Source: Clostridia bacterium (lineage in GTDB: Bacteria > Bacillota > Clostridia > UMGS1883 > UMGS1540). From it: a stretch of DNA of 64,000 nt. Position 1 is the first letter of the stretch; each line of letters starts with the position of its first letter. The notes under the pieces are model-generated. The model worked only from the letters and a program-made list of their open reading frames with translations, was not told the origin of the DNA and made no database searches. A program made the position numbers and the translations under genes. Positions 28,989-39,652 of this stretch are shown piece by piece. The stretch is from the NCBI GenBank assembly GCA_017450025.1, contig JAFSYJ010000039.1:24681-88680 (forward strand), written 5' to 3'.

Positions 28989-30164
28989 TTAATCATGTCT
29001 GAGTGCTTCAATAGGATTCATTTTTGCGGCCTTTCGCGCAGGGAAATATCCGAATGCAATACCGATGCCTGCGGATACTGAAACCGAAATTATAATTGCC
29101 GACAACGATATACTTGCATTTAGTCCGACGATTTTTCCGAGTCCGTATGCCCCCAAAATTCCTAAAATTATACCGAATATACCGCCGATTGCGCTCGTTG
29201 TTATTGCCTCAACGACGAATTGGCTCAATATATCCCAGGGTTTTGCTCCAAGTGCCTTTCGTATGCCGATTTCACGCGTACGCTCTGTAACGGACACAAG
29301 CATAATATTCATTATACCTATACCTCCTACCAAAAGCGATATTGCAGCGATTCCGACAAGTACCATTTCCATTTTGCCGAGTATGTCGCTCACCATATCG
29401 ACAGCTTCGGTCATTGATATTACGGTGTATAAATCTTCATTGCCGAGTTCTCCGTACAAAAAGCGTTCAATAACCTGCTTTGCCTTATCGACAGTATCGT
29501 TTGACAATGCGGAAACCGTATATGTATTTGTCATCGTAAACGAGATTTTTTCGGCAGTCGTATATGGAATAAAAATCTTATCGTCGTCTGTCCCCTGCTC
29601 CCCGTCGGCTGTTTCTTCCAAAATGCCAACTACGGTAAACGGGTATCCGTTGATTTTTATTGTTTTCCCTATCGGGGATTCCATACCGAAAAATGTTTTT
29701 TTGACATATGTACCTATAACACAGTTACGCGTTCTGTCGTTTACATCAAGGTATGTCAGAAAACGCCCATCGGTGATTGTCTTTTTGTTTATTTCATTAT
29801 AAGCCTCGCTGACACCTGTTACCGTCGTTGTCGAGTTATTTTCTGTACCTCTTTTGACAGTTGCCTGCATATTTACAAGCGGCGTCATTGACTCTATGAC
29901 ATCGGGGTTGTCGTCAATAAGCTTTTGCATATCCGATGTTGAAATTCTCCTATTGCCGCCCCTCGGTATAATCATAACAGAAATATTTTTCATTCCGATT
30001 GTCTCAAACGAGGACACCATTTCGTCGCTCATACCGTTAACAAGGCTCACAAGCGCGATAACCGCCGCAACGCCGATAACTATTCCCAGCATTGTGAGAA
30101 AGGCGCGCATTTTACTTGTACTGAGGCTCTTTACAGCGAGCATAAATGATTGCGAAATACTCAC
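28989..30164 (-). CDS. ABC transporter permease, FtsX/MacB-type (YknZ-like)
   Basis: N-terminal TM, a large extracytoplasmic domain, then a C-terminal 3-TM FtsX domain. GTG start overlaps the stop of the ATPase gene (GTGA). Confidence 0.85.
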   Translation of the reverse strand: MSISQSFMLAVKSLSTSKMRAFLTMLGIVIGVAAVIALVSLVNGMSDEMVSSFETIGMKNISVMIIPRGGNRRISTSDMQKLIDDNPDVIESMTPLVNMQATVKRGTENNSTTTVTGVSEAYNEINKKTITDGRFLTYLDVNDRTRNCVIGTYVKKTFFGMESPIGKTIKINGYPFTVVGILEETADGEQGTDDDKIFIPYTTAEKISFTMTNTYTVSALSNDTVDKAKQVIERFLYGELGNEDLYTVISMTEAVDMVSDILGKMEMVLVGIAAISLLVGGIGIMNIMLVSVTERTREIGIRKALGAKPWDILSQFVVEAITTSAIGGIFGIILGILGAYGLGKIVGLNASISLSAIIISVSVSAGIGIAFGYFPARKAAKMNPIEALRHD

Positions 30165-30853
30165 TCAACCGCCTCCCTTGTAAAATCTTCTGTCACTTTT
30201 CCGTCAGAAATTCTTATTACCCTTTTACACTGCTCTGCAATTGAGTTATCGTGCGTAATAAGAACTATGGTTTTGCCTTCTCTGTGCAGTTCCTTTAAAA
30301 GGGCAAGGACATCTTTACCTGTTTTGGAATCAAGCGCTCCCGTAGGCTCGTCAGCAAGAATAACAGACGGCTTTCCTGCAAGTGCTCGTGCAATAGACAC
30401 TCTCTGCTGCTGACCGCCCGAAAGCTGCGCGGGCAGTTTTTTACATCTGTCGGCAAGCCCTACCCGGTCAAGCACTTCCAGCGCTGTCTTTCGTCTTTCA
30501 GATGACGGAACGCCTTTGTATAAAAGCGGAAGCTCAACATTTTCAACGACCGAGAGCTTTGGAATAAGATTGTACTGCTGAAACACAAATCCAAGCTCAC
30601 GGTTGCGCACGGTCGCAAGCTGGCGCGCGTTCATTGTGCTGACATCTACTCCGTTTAAAAGATAATGTCCGGAGGTAGGCACATCAAGGCAGCCTATTAT
30701 GTTCATACAGGTTGATTTACCTGAACCTGAAGCCCCGACAATGCCCACGAACTCGCCTTTATTTATTACCCACGATATTCCGTCTATCGCTCTGACCTCG
30801 TTTTCGCCCTCGCCTTCGTTATATATTTTATAAATTTCTTTGAACTCTATCAT
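30161..30853 (-). CDS. ABC transporter ATP-binding protein (MacB/LolD-type, YknY-like)
   Basis: Walker A (GASGSGKST), signature LSGGQQQRV, Walker B (ILADEPTGALD). GGAGGG RBS. Confidence 0.9.
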   Translation of the reverse strand: MIEFKEIYKIYNEGEGENEVRAIDGISWVINKGEFVGIVGASGSGKSTCMNIIGCLDVPTSGHYLLNGVDVSTMNARQLATVRNRELGFVFQQYNLIPKLSVVENVELPLLYKGVPSSERRKTALEVLDRVGLADRCKKLPAQLSGGQQQRVSIARALAGKPSVILADEPTGALDSKTGKDVLALLKELHREGKTIVLITHDNSIAEQCKRVIRISDGKVTEDFTREAVE

Positions 30854-30855
30854 AC

Positions 30856-32508
30856 TTAACGCCCTCCGGACATACCGCCGCCGGACATTCCTCCGCTTGG
30901 CGCTCCGCCGCTGGGCATTCTGTTTTCCGACATTCCTCCGCTTGGCGCACCGCCACCGGACATTCCGCCGCCCATCATACCACGGTTTTGTCCCATTTTT
31001 CTCATCTGATCCATAAGATTTGATGACTGGAACTCTTTGATAACAACCTCATCACCCTCGGATAGTCCGCTGATAATTTCTACCATTGTTCCATCGTTTA
31101 TTCCCGTTTTTATCTCTTTTGAGTCTTCCGAGTCGACCATCGTAACTCTGTTTCCGCGTTCTACTGCAATAACGGGCAAAAGCAGAACATTGTCTTTTTC
31201 TTCTAATACTATTGTAGCCGTGACATTCATTCCCGGAATCAACTCTGTACCTTCTACATTTTTAATCAAAATCTCGACGGGATATGTAGTTACTCCATTT
31301 GACGAAGTACCTATAATACTTACATTATTTACAACGCCTTCAAATGTTTTGTCGGTTATTGCGTCGGCCGTTACGGTTACCCTCTGCCCTACTTCTACGC
31401 CTGTAATATCAAGCTCGTCAACGCTCATATTGAACTTGAACGCCGACAAGTCTGCAATAACAGCCATCGAGGTACTGCCCATATTTGACGAAATCTTGTC
31501 GCCTGCTTTAACTGTTTTTTGGACTACTTTGCCCGAAATAGGTGCGGTAAGATTGTATTGGTCAAGGTCGTCGTAGTAGTTTTCCAGCGTGAGTTCTGCG
31601 TCGCTTAAAGAAAGCGCGCTCTTTTGCACACCGTTTGAAACCGTATCGTTTTCAAGAGTCATAATAAGCTGACCGTTTGAAATCCTGTCACCCTTTTTTA
31701 TATTAAGTCCGCGTATCGTTCCGCTTCCCTTTGTAACAACTGTAACGGAGTTTGCAAACTCAAAATTACCAACATTTGCGCAAGCAACGCCGCCCACAAT
31801 AGCGGTTGCGGTTGTTGCCTCTGTTATACCGCCGGGATTGGGAACAGAAATCTCTACCGTCACAACAGATGCTCCGAGATTATTTGTTAAAGTTCCTGAA
31901 GATATGCTCTTAACTGTTCCGTAAAGCGTTGTGTCCTCGCCTGTCAGTTCAACGGTTGCCGCCTGCCCTACCGAAATAGCACCCGCCTGTTGCTGTAAAA
32001 AAGTTATGTTCAAAGTCATATTATCATTATTTATGACTTCGCAAACCCTGCCGCCTGACTGAATATTATCCCCGTTTTTAACATAAACCTCTGTCACAAC
32101 GCCCGTGGCAGTGCTTAAAACTCGCAAATCGCTTGCCGATTTGACGCTTTCGTTATAATTCATACGGCTTGAGGCAAGTGAATTTTGCGCACGGCTGATG
32201 TTTTTTTCTATGGCAGAGTCATCTATCTTGTACATAACATCGCCCTTATTTACCATATCGCCTTCTTCAAAGAAATCAGCCAGCACATCGCCGCTGACAA
32301 GCGCTGTGACCTCATACTGGTCGATTGCTTCAAGTGTTCCGCTGCCCTCCAGCACACGGCTTATGCTGCCGCGTGTAACACGCGCTGTCTGTATCTCAGT
32401 ATCGACCTTTTGCGCGCTGTTTTTCTTAATACCCAAAAACACGCCTAAAGCCGCAACAAGCACGACTATACCGGCTATAATAAACATTTTTTTATGTTTT
32501 TTAAACAT
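30856..32508 (-). CDS. HlyD/MacA-type periplasmic adaptor (membrane fusion protein), unusually long, with a Gly/Met/Ser-rich C-terminal tail
   Basis: N-terminal TM anchor and biotinyl-lipoyl/beta-barrel MFP segments. 550 aa, against roughly 380 aa for a typical adaptor. C-terminal low-complexity tail MGGGMSGGGAPSGGMSENRMPSGGAPSGGMSGGGMSGG. Confidence 0.8.
   Translation of the reverse strand: MFKKHKKMFIIAGIVVLVAALGVFLGIKKNSAQKVDTEIQTARVTRGSISRVLEGSGTLEAIDQYEVTALVSGDVLADFFEEGDMVNKGDVMYKIDDSAIEKNISRAQNSLASSRMNYNESVKSASDLRVLSTATGVVTEVYVKNGDNIQSGGRVCEVINNDNMTLNITFLQQQAGAISVGQAATVELTGEDTTLYGTVKSISSGTLTNNLGASVVTVEISVPNPGGITEATTATAIVGGVACANVGNFEFANSVTVVTKGSGTIRGLNIKKGDRISNGQLIMTLENDTVSNGVQKSALSLSDAELTLENYYDDLDQYNLTAPISGKVVQKTVKAGDKISSNMGSTSMAVIADLSAFKFNMSVDELDITGVEVGQRVTVTADAITDKTFEGVVNNVSIIGTSSNGVTTYPVEILIKNVEGTELIPGMNVTATIVLEEKDNVLLLPVIAVERGNRVTMVDSEDSKEIKTGINDGTMVEIISGLSEGDEVVIKEFQSSNLMDQMRKMGQNRGMMGGGMSGGGAPSGGMSENRMPSGGAPSGGMSGGGMSGGR
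30859..31010 (-). repeat. Imperfect tandem DNA repeats encoding the Gly/Met/Ser-rich adaptor tail
   Basis: Repeating units such as ggacattcc(t/g)ccgc(t/c)(t/g)ggcgc(t/a)ccgcc recur 3 to 4 times on the plus strand. Confidence 0.5.
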
Positions 32509-32723
32509 CAGCTTGCCCCCTAAGACATAATTATTATGTAAAATATAATGCTTATATTTTTATTTTAACCTCTATAAATTTATATGTCAAGTTAGATTAA
32601 GTAAATTCAAAAATGGTTCATAAATTATTAACAATATTTGCGCCTTTTTGAGATATTTTTCAAAAAACGCCAAAAAACGGAGTATTTTGAAGAAAACACT
32701 ATATTTATCTTAAAAATCGGCGT

Positions 32724-32755
32724 TTGATAATACTGTGATTTATGGTATTATAAAT
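32724..32755 (+). promoter_or_regulatory. groESL promoter
   Basis: TTGATA, a 17-19 nt spacer, then a TATAAA-like -10. Sits immediately upstream of the CIRCE element. Confidence 0.4.
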
Positions 32756-32759
32756 ACTG

Positions 32760-33091
<332 letters not shown>

Positions 33092-33104
33092 TATAAGGAG
33101 GTAA

Positions 33105-34739
<1,635 letters not shown>

Positions 34740-34842
34740 TTTAGACATCAGATTTGCGATGTTAGATATTAGATACGGGTTGATTTTGCTACGCAAAATC
34801 GTATTCCGGAATCTTACATTACGCTTAATATTCTAAAACTAA

Positions 34843-34877
34843 GGACTGTCTCACTAAAACCGAGACAGTCCTTTTTG
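34843..34877 (+). terminator. Rho-independent terminator of groESL
   Basis: GGACTGTCTC-actaaaacc-GAGACAGTCC followed by TTTTT. Confidence 0.6.
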
Positions 34878-35005
34878 CTTTAAAAACACCTTGTATTACC
34901 GCTTTTTAAAGCAAAGCCTTCCCCACACTCAACATTTTAATTTGCCTATTGACAAAATATTTTTTGAGGTGTATAATGCATATAATTTAAAAGAGGTGAA
35001 GCTTT

Positions 35006-35215
35006 ATGAATAAAACAATGAAAACTTTTGTTATTATATTTGGTTTATTATTAATTATTGCAGTGTTTTATTTTTCATTGTCCGAAAAATACAAATATGA
35101 TTATCGAGTCGGGCTTGTTTTTGGTTTTATTGGCTTTATAATCTGTTCCTCTGTTATTATTGCCGAGTGCCGATACCTAAGCAAAAGATTTCAACCTAAG
35201 GACAAGGATAAATAA
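35006..35215 (+). CDS. Small hypothetical membrane protein (69 aa, 2 TM)
   Basis: AGAGGTGA RBS 8 nt upstream of the ATG. Two hydrophobic helices. Followed by a hairpin terminator at 35221-35247. Confidence 0.4.
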   Translation: MNKTMKTFVIIFGLLLIIAVFYFSLSEKYKYDYRVGLVFGFIGFIICSSVIIAECRYLSKRFQPKDKDK

Positions 35216-35247
35216 CCCAAAGCGCACCGTTTGCGGTGCGTTTTTCT

Positions 35248-35282
35248 TATACAAAAACAGGGCTGTAATTTTACAGCCCTGT
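35248..35282 (-). terminator. Terminator of the hydrogenase operon (minus strand)
   Basis: ACAGGGCTGTAA/TTACAGCCCTGT hairpin, followed on the minus strand by TTTTTGTAT. Confidence 0.45.
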
Positions 35283-35294
35283 TTAATGATTATA

Positions 35295-37031
35295 TTAATA
35301 TTTAGGTCTTGCTGTATAGTGAGTATGGAGAAGTTCGTGCGACTTATGTCCGCAGGGTTCTCCGAGGAACTCTTTATATACCTTATCAACATCAGGATTC
35401 TTATGGCTCTGGCGAACAGTAGATTTTTTGTCTTCTGCATAAAGTGCCTTTGCTCTCTCTGCTCTTATATCCTTGTCCATACGAACCTTTGCGTTAACGA
35501 TAGGCTGACCGCCGCCGTTTACGCAGCCGCCCGGGCAAGCCATAATCTCAATAAAGTGATATGTTGCCTTGCCTGCTCTGATGTCGTCAAGCAATTTTCT
35601 TGCATTTCCGAGGCCGTGAGCGATAGCAACCTTAACTTCCATACCTGCAATATTAAGTGTAGCTTCTTTTATTCCCTGAACGCCGCGAACAGCTTCAAAT
35701 TCGATGTTTTCAAGCGGTTTTTTGTCAAGAACTTCTGCAACAGTTCTCAAAGCAGCTTCCATAACGCCGCCTGTTGCACCAAAGATAACAGCTGCGCCCG
35801 ATTCCTGACCGAACGGATCGTCAAAGCCTTCGTCAGGAAGATTTGCAAAGTCAAGACCCGACTGCTTGATCATTCTTGCAAGCTCGCGTGTTGACAAAAC
35901 AACATCAACATCAGGATACTTGCCGCCCATTTCGGGACGCTGTGCTTCGAACTTTTTAGCTACACAAGGCATAATCGAAACAACAAATACTTTAGCAGGG
36001 TCGATACCGTTCTTTTCTGCAAAGTATGTCTTTAACAATGCGCCAAACATTTCATGCGGTGACTTACAGGTTGAAAGATTAGGCAGAAAATCAGGATACT
36101 CGTGTTCGCAGAACTTGATCCAGCCGGGGCTACACGATGTGATCATCGGGAGAACGCCGCCGTTCTGAATTCTTTGAATAAGCTCTGTGCCTTCTTCCAT
36201 AATCGTAAAGTCAGCGCCTGTATCGGTATCAAACACTTTATCAAAGCCCATTCTTCTGAGTGCTGCTGCCATTTTGCCTGTTACGGGAGTTCCCATTTCA
36301 AAGCCGAACTCTTCGCCCAAAGCAGCTCTTACAGCAGGAGCTGTCTGAACTATAACATATTTATCGGGATCGTTGATTGCGTTCCATACATCGCCTGTAT
36401 AATCCTTTTCACGAAGTGCGCCTGTCGGGCAGGAAACGATACACTGTCCGCAGTTTACGCAGGAAACGCTGCCGAGTTCCTTGTCAAAAGCGCAGGCAAC
36501 CTGTGTTGCAAAGCCTCTGTTTACAGCGTCGATAACCGATACTGTCTGGATCGTCTTACAAGCGCTTATGCAACGACGGCAAAGTACGCACTTGTTGTTA
36601 TCACGAACAAACGAAGGTGAAGATTCATCAAGATCGTGCTTGATCGTCATTCCATCGTATGTGATGTCAGTAACGCCGAGTTCTTCAGAAAGCTTCTGAA
36701 GTTCGCAGTTACGGTTTCTTACGCAGGTAAGACACTTTCTGTCGTGGTCTGAAAGAAGCAGTTCCAAGGTAGTTTTGCGAGCGTCGCGAACCTTTTTGGA
36801 GTTTGTTGTTACAACCATTCCCTCTGAAACGGGGTATACGCAAGCCGCCTGAAGCGTTCTCGCTGTTGAAACCTCAACTACGCACATTCTGCACGAACCT
36901 GATTGGTTAATGTCTTTCAAGTAGCAGAGAGTAGGAATATCAATGTTTGCTTCGCGGGCAGCTTCCAAAACCGTATAGTTCTTAGGAACGCTGATAGCCT
37001 GACCGTTTATTGTTATATTTACTTTTTCCAT
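35295..37031 (-). CDS. hydA: [FeFe]-hydrogenase catalytic subunit (HydA/HndD type) of a multimeric NAD(P)/ferredoxin-linked hydrogenase
   Basis: N-terminal 2Fe-2S ferredoxin fold. H-cluster motifs TSCSPGW, MPCVAKKFE and EIMACPGGCVNGGGQP. HndD-like C-terminal extension. Confidence 0.9.
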   Translation of the reverse strand: MEKVNITINGQAISVPKNYTVLEAAREANIDIPTLCYLKDINQSGSCRMCVVEVSTARTLQAACVYPVSEGMVVTTNSKKVRDARKTTLELLLSDHDRKCLTCVRNRNCELQKLSEELGVTDITYDGMTIKHDLDESSPSFVRDNNKCVLCRRCISACKTIQTVSVIDAVNRGFATQVACAFDKELGSVSCVNCGQCIVSCPTGALREKDYTGDVWNAINDPDKYVIVQTAPAVRAALGEEFGFEMGTPVTGKMAAALRRMGFDKVFDTDTGADFTIMEEGTELIQRIQNGGVLPMITSCSPGWIKFCEHEYPDFLPNLSTCKSPHEMFGALLKTYFAEKNGIDPAKVFVVSIMPCVAKKFEAQRPEMGGKYPDVDVVLSTRELARMIKQSGLDFANLPDEGFDDPFGQESGAAVIFGATGGVMEAALRTVAEVLDKKPLENIEFEAVRGVQGIKEATLNIAGMEVKVAIAHGLGNARKLLDDIRAGKATYHFIEIMACPGGCVNGGGQPIVNAKVRMDKDIRAERAKALYAEDKKSTVRQSHKNPDVDKVYKEFLGEPCGHKSHELLHTHYTARPKY

Positions 37032-37049
37032 TATAATCTATCCTCCCTC

Positions 37050-38915
37050 TTATCTCTTTTCTATTGCGCCGAATTTACATGTATCCATACATACGCCGCA
37101 CTTAATACATTTTTCGGAATCAATTACGAAAGGCGATTTAATTTCGCCGGAAATAGCACCGACAGGGCACTTCTTTGAGCAAAGCGAGCAGCCCTTACAT
37201 TTATCAGCAACTATTACATACTTCATAAGGCTCTTACATACGCCGGCAGGACAACGCTTTTCCTTAACATGTGCAACATATTCGTCCATAAAGTTGTTGA
37301 TCGTGCTGAGAACGGGGTTAGGTGCTGTCTGACCGAGACCGCAAAGAGCACTTGTCTTAATAGCGTTTGCGAGAGTCTGAAGTTTTTCAATATCTTCTTC
37401 AGTACCTTTGCCGCCTGTAATTTTTTCTAAAATTTCATAAAGTCTCTTTGTACCTATACGGCAAGGTGAGCACTTTCCGCAAGACTCGTCAACTGTAAAG
37501 TCGAGGAAGAACTTTGCGATATCAACCATACAGTTGTCTTCGTCCATAACAATAAGTCCGCCCGAACCCATCATTGAGCCGATTGCAATAAGCGAATCGT
37601 AATCAATAGGTACATCGATCTTGGAAGCAGGGATACACCCGCCGGAAGGTCCGCCCGTTTGAGCTGCCTTGAACTTTTTGCCGTTCGGAATACCGCCGCC
37701 GATCTCTTCAACAATTTCTCGGAGTGTAGTACCCATCGGGATTTCAACAAGACCTGTGTTGTTTATCTTACCGCCGAGAGCAAATACCTTTGTACCCTTG
37801 CTCTTTTCGGTTCCGATTGCTGAGAACCAGTCTGCGCCCTTGTTGATAATAACAGGTATATTTGCATATGTCTCAACATTATTAAGAAGCGTAGGCTTCT
37901 GCCAAAGTCCCTTTACTGCCGGGAAAGGAGGACGGGGACGCGGCTCACCGCGCTTACCTTCGATAGAATTAAGGAGGGCTGTTTCTTCACCGCAAACGAA
38001 TGCGCCTGCGCCGAGACGGAGGTCAAGGTCGAAGGAGAAATCAGTACCCATAATGTTTTTGCCAAGCAGACCGTATTCTTTTGCCTGATTGATTGCTATC
38101 TTAAGTCTCTGAACGGCGATAGGATACTCGGCACGGATATAGATGTAACCTTCATCAGCGCCTACTGCATAAGCTGCGATTGCCATTGCCTCAATAACGG
38201 AATGGGGGTCGCCTTCAAGTACGCTTCTGTCCATAAATGCTCCGGGGTCACCCTCGTCGGCATTACAGCAAACATACTTTTTGTCGCCTTCTGCATTAGC
38301 TGTGAACATCCACTTCATACCTGTTGAGAAGCCTGCGCCGCCTCTGCCGCGAAGACCTGATGCCTTAACGGTTTCAACAACTTCTTCTCTTGACATTGAT
38401 GTAAGGACCTTTTCCAAAGCCTTATATCCGTCAAAAGCGATGTATTCGTCGATGTTTTCAGGATCTATGATACCGCAGTTGCGGAGTGCGATTCTGAACT
38501 GTTTTTTAAAGAAAGCTGTTTTAGCCATATCCTGAACTGTACCGTCTTCTTTAATTGTTTCGGGGAGAACATAGTCTTTAACTACATTACCCTTTTCGAG
38601 ATGCTCTTCAACGACCTTTAAAGCCTTTTCAGGAGTCATATGGATATAAGTAACCTTTTCTTTACCCTTTTCGTAAACTTCTACGATAGGCTCAAGACGG
38701 CAAGCGCCTATACAACCTGTCTGGGATACAACAACATTTGAGAGATTTCTCTTTGATGTTTCACTCTTCAAAGCGTCTAATACAGGTCCTGCACCGGCAG
38801 CGATACCGCAAGTTGCCATACCAACAACAACGCGGATTGTGCTGTTGTCATTTTCAAGCGTTAACCTGCTATTATTTTCTTTTCTGATATTTTCAATTTC
38901 AGCAAAGCTTTTCAT
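37050..38915 (-). CDS. hydB: NuoF-like flavoprotein subunit (HydB/HndC) with 2Fe-2S and 2x[4Fe-4S] domains
   Basis: NADH/FMN-binding NuoF core (GRGGAGF). N-terminal thioredoxin-like 2Fe-2S. C-terminal ferredoxin motifs CKGCSLCSKKCP and CIKCGVCMDTC. Confidence 0.9.
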   Translation of the reverse strand: MKSFAEIENIRKENNSRLTLENDNSTIRVVVGMATCGIAAGAGPVLDALKSETSKRNLSNVVVSQTGCIGACRLEPIVEVYEKGKEKVTYIHMTPEKALKVVEEHLEKGNVVKDYVLPETIKEDGTVQDMAKTAFFKKQFRIALRNCGIIDPENIDEYIAFDGYKALEKVLTSMSREEVVETVKASGLRGRGGAGFSTGMKWMFTANAEGDKKYVCCNADEGDPGAFMDRSVLEGDPHSVIEAMAIAAYAVGADEGYIYIRAEYPIAVQRLKIAINQAKEYGLLGKNIMGTDFSFDLDLRLGAGAFVCGEETALLNSIEGKRGEPRPRPPFPAVKGLWQKPTLLNNVETYANIPVIINKGADWFSAIGTEKSKGTKVFALGGKINNTGLVEIPMGTTLREIVEEIGGGIPNGKKFKAAQTGGPSGGCIPASKIDVPIDYDSLIAIGSMMGSGGLIVMDEDNCMVDIAKFFLDFTVDESCGKCSPCRIGTKRLYEILEKITGGKGTEEDIEKLQTLANAIKTSALCGLGQTAPNPVLSTINNFMDEYVAHVKEKRCPAGVCKSLMKYVIVADKCKGCSLCSKKCPVGAISGEIKSPFVIDSEKCIKCGVCMDTCKFGAIEKR

Positions 38916-38999
38916 AAATCAATTACCTTTCTGCCCATGATAAATTCATCATATACTGCGCTCTGCTATCCGTGGGCAAACAGCAAAGCATGATAAATC

Positions 39000-39488
39000 T
39001 TAGTATTTTTTCAAAACATCTTCGACTTCGTCAACCGTCATACGGCCATAAACATCGTCGTTTATAGTCATAACGGGAGCAAGTCCGCAAGCCCCTATGC
39101 AACGCGTTGCGTCAATTGAAAACTTGCCGTCGGGCGTACATTCGCCGACATCTATACCCAAAACTTCTTTAACTTTTTCCAAAATCAAATTGGAACCTTT
39201 TACATAGCACGCTGTACCAAGACATACGCTGATTTGATACTTGCCCTTTGGATTAAGCGTGAACCTTGCATAGAAGGTTGCAATGCCGTAAATTTCCGAA
39301 AGAGGAATATCAAGACCTTCTGCTACCATTGTCTGGACTTCAATAGGAAGATAGCCGTAAATATCCTGTGCTTCGTGAAGAACAGGAATAGCAGCTCCCG
39401 GTTGACCTTTATGCTCTGCAATAACTTTTGCGAGCTTTTCGGCCTGTTCCTGCGTTCCGTTAAATGGTAAAACTTTTTTTTGCTCCAT
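39000..39488 (-). CDS. hydC: NuoE-like 2Fe-2S subunit (HydC/HndA)
   Basis: Thioredoxin-like [2Fe-2S] motifs (CLGTACYVKG, CIGACGLAPV). 162 aa. Confidence 0.85.
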   Translation of the reverse strand: MEQKKVLPFNGTQEQAEKLAKVIAEHKGQPGAAIPVLHEAQDIYGYLPIEVQTMVAEGLDIPLSEIYGIATFYARFTLNPKGKYQISVCLGTACYVKGSNLILEKVKEVLGIDVGECTPDGKFSIDATRCIGACGLAPVMTINDDVYGRMTVDEVEDVLKKY

Positions 39489-39621
39489 TAAACCATATAC
39501 CTCCTAAATAAATGATAAATTTATGTCAATCTTTTTTTCGCCACAGATTATTATATCATCAGAAATCAAAAAAATCAAGTGTTTTTGTCGAAATATATTT
39601 TTATTTTTTGTATGAAATATG

Positions 39622-39650
39622 TAAAAAAGCGCGGTTGTTCCGCGCTTTTG
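39622..39650 (-). terminator. Terminator of glnN (minus strand)
   Basis: AAAGCGCGG-ttgtt-CCGCGCTTT followed by TTTTTT on the minus strand. Confidence 0.5.
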
Positions 39651-39652
39651 AA

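Noticed and set aside
34740-34800. Short TAGACAT/TAGATAT/TAGATAC word repeats just after groEL
   Set aside because: Only 3 degenerate copies of 6-7 bp in an AT-rich spacer. This is too weak to call a repeat element or binding array.
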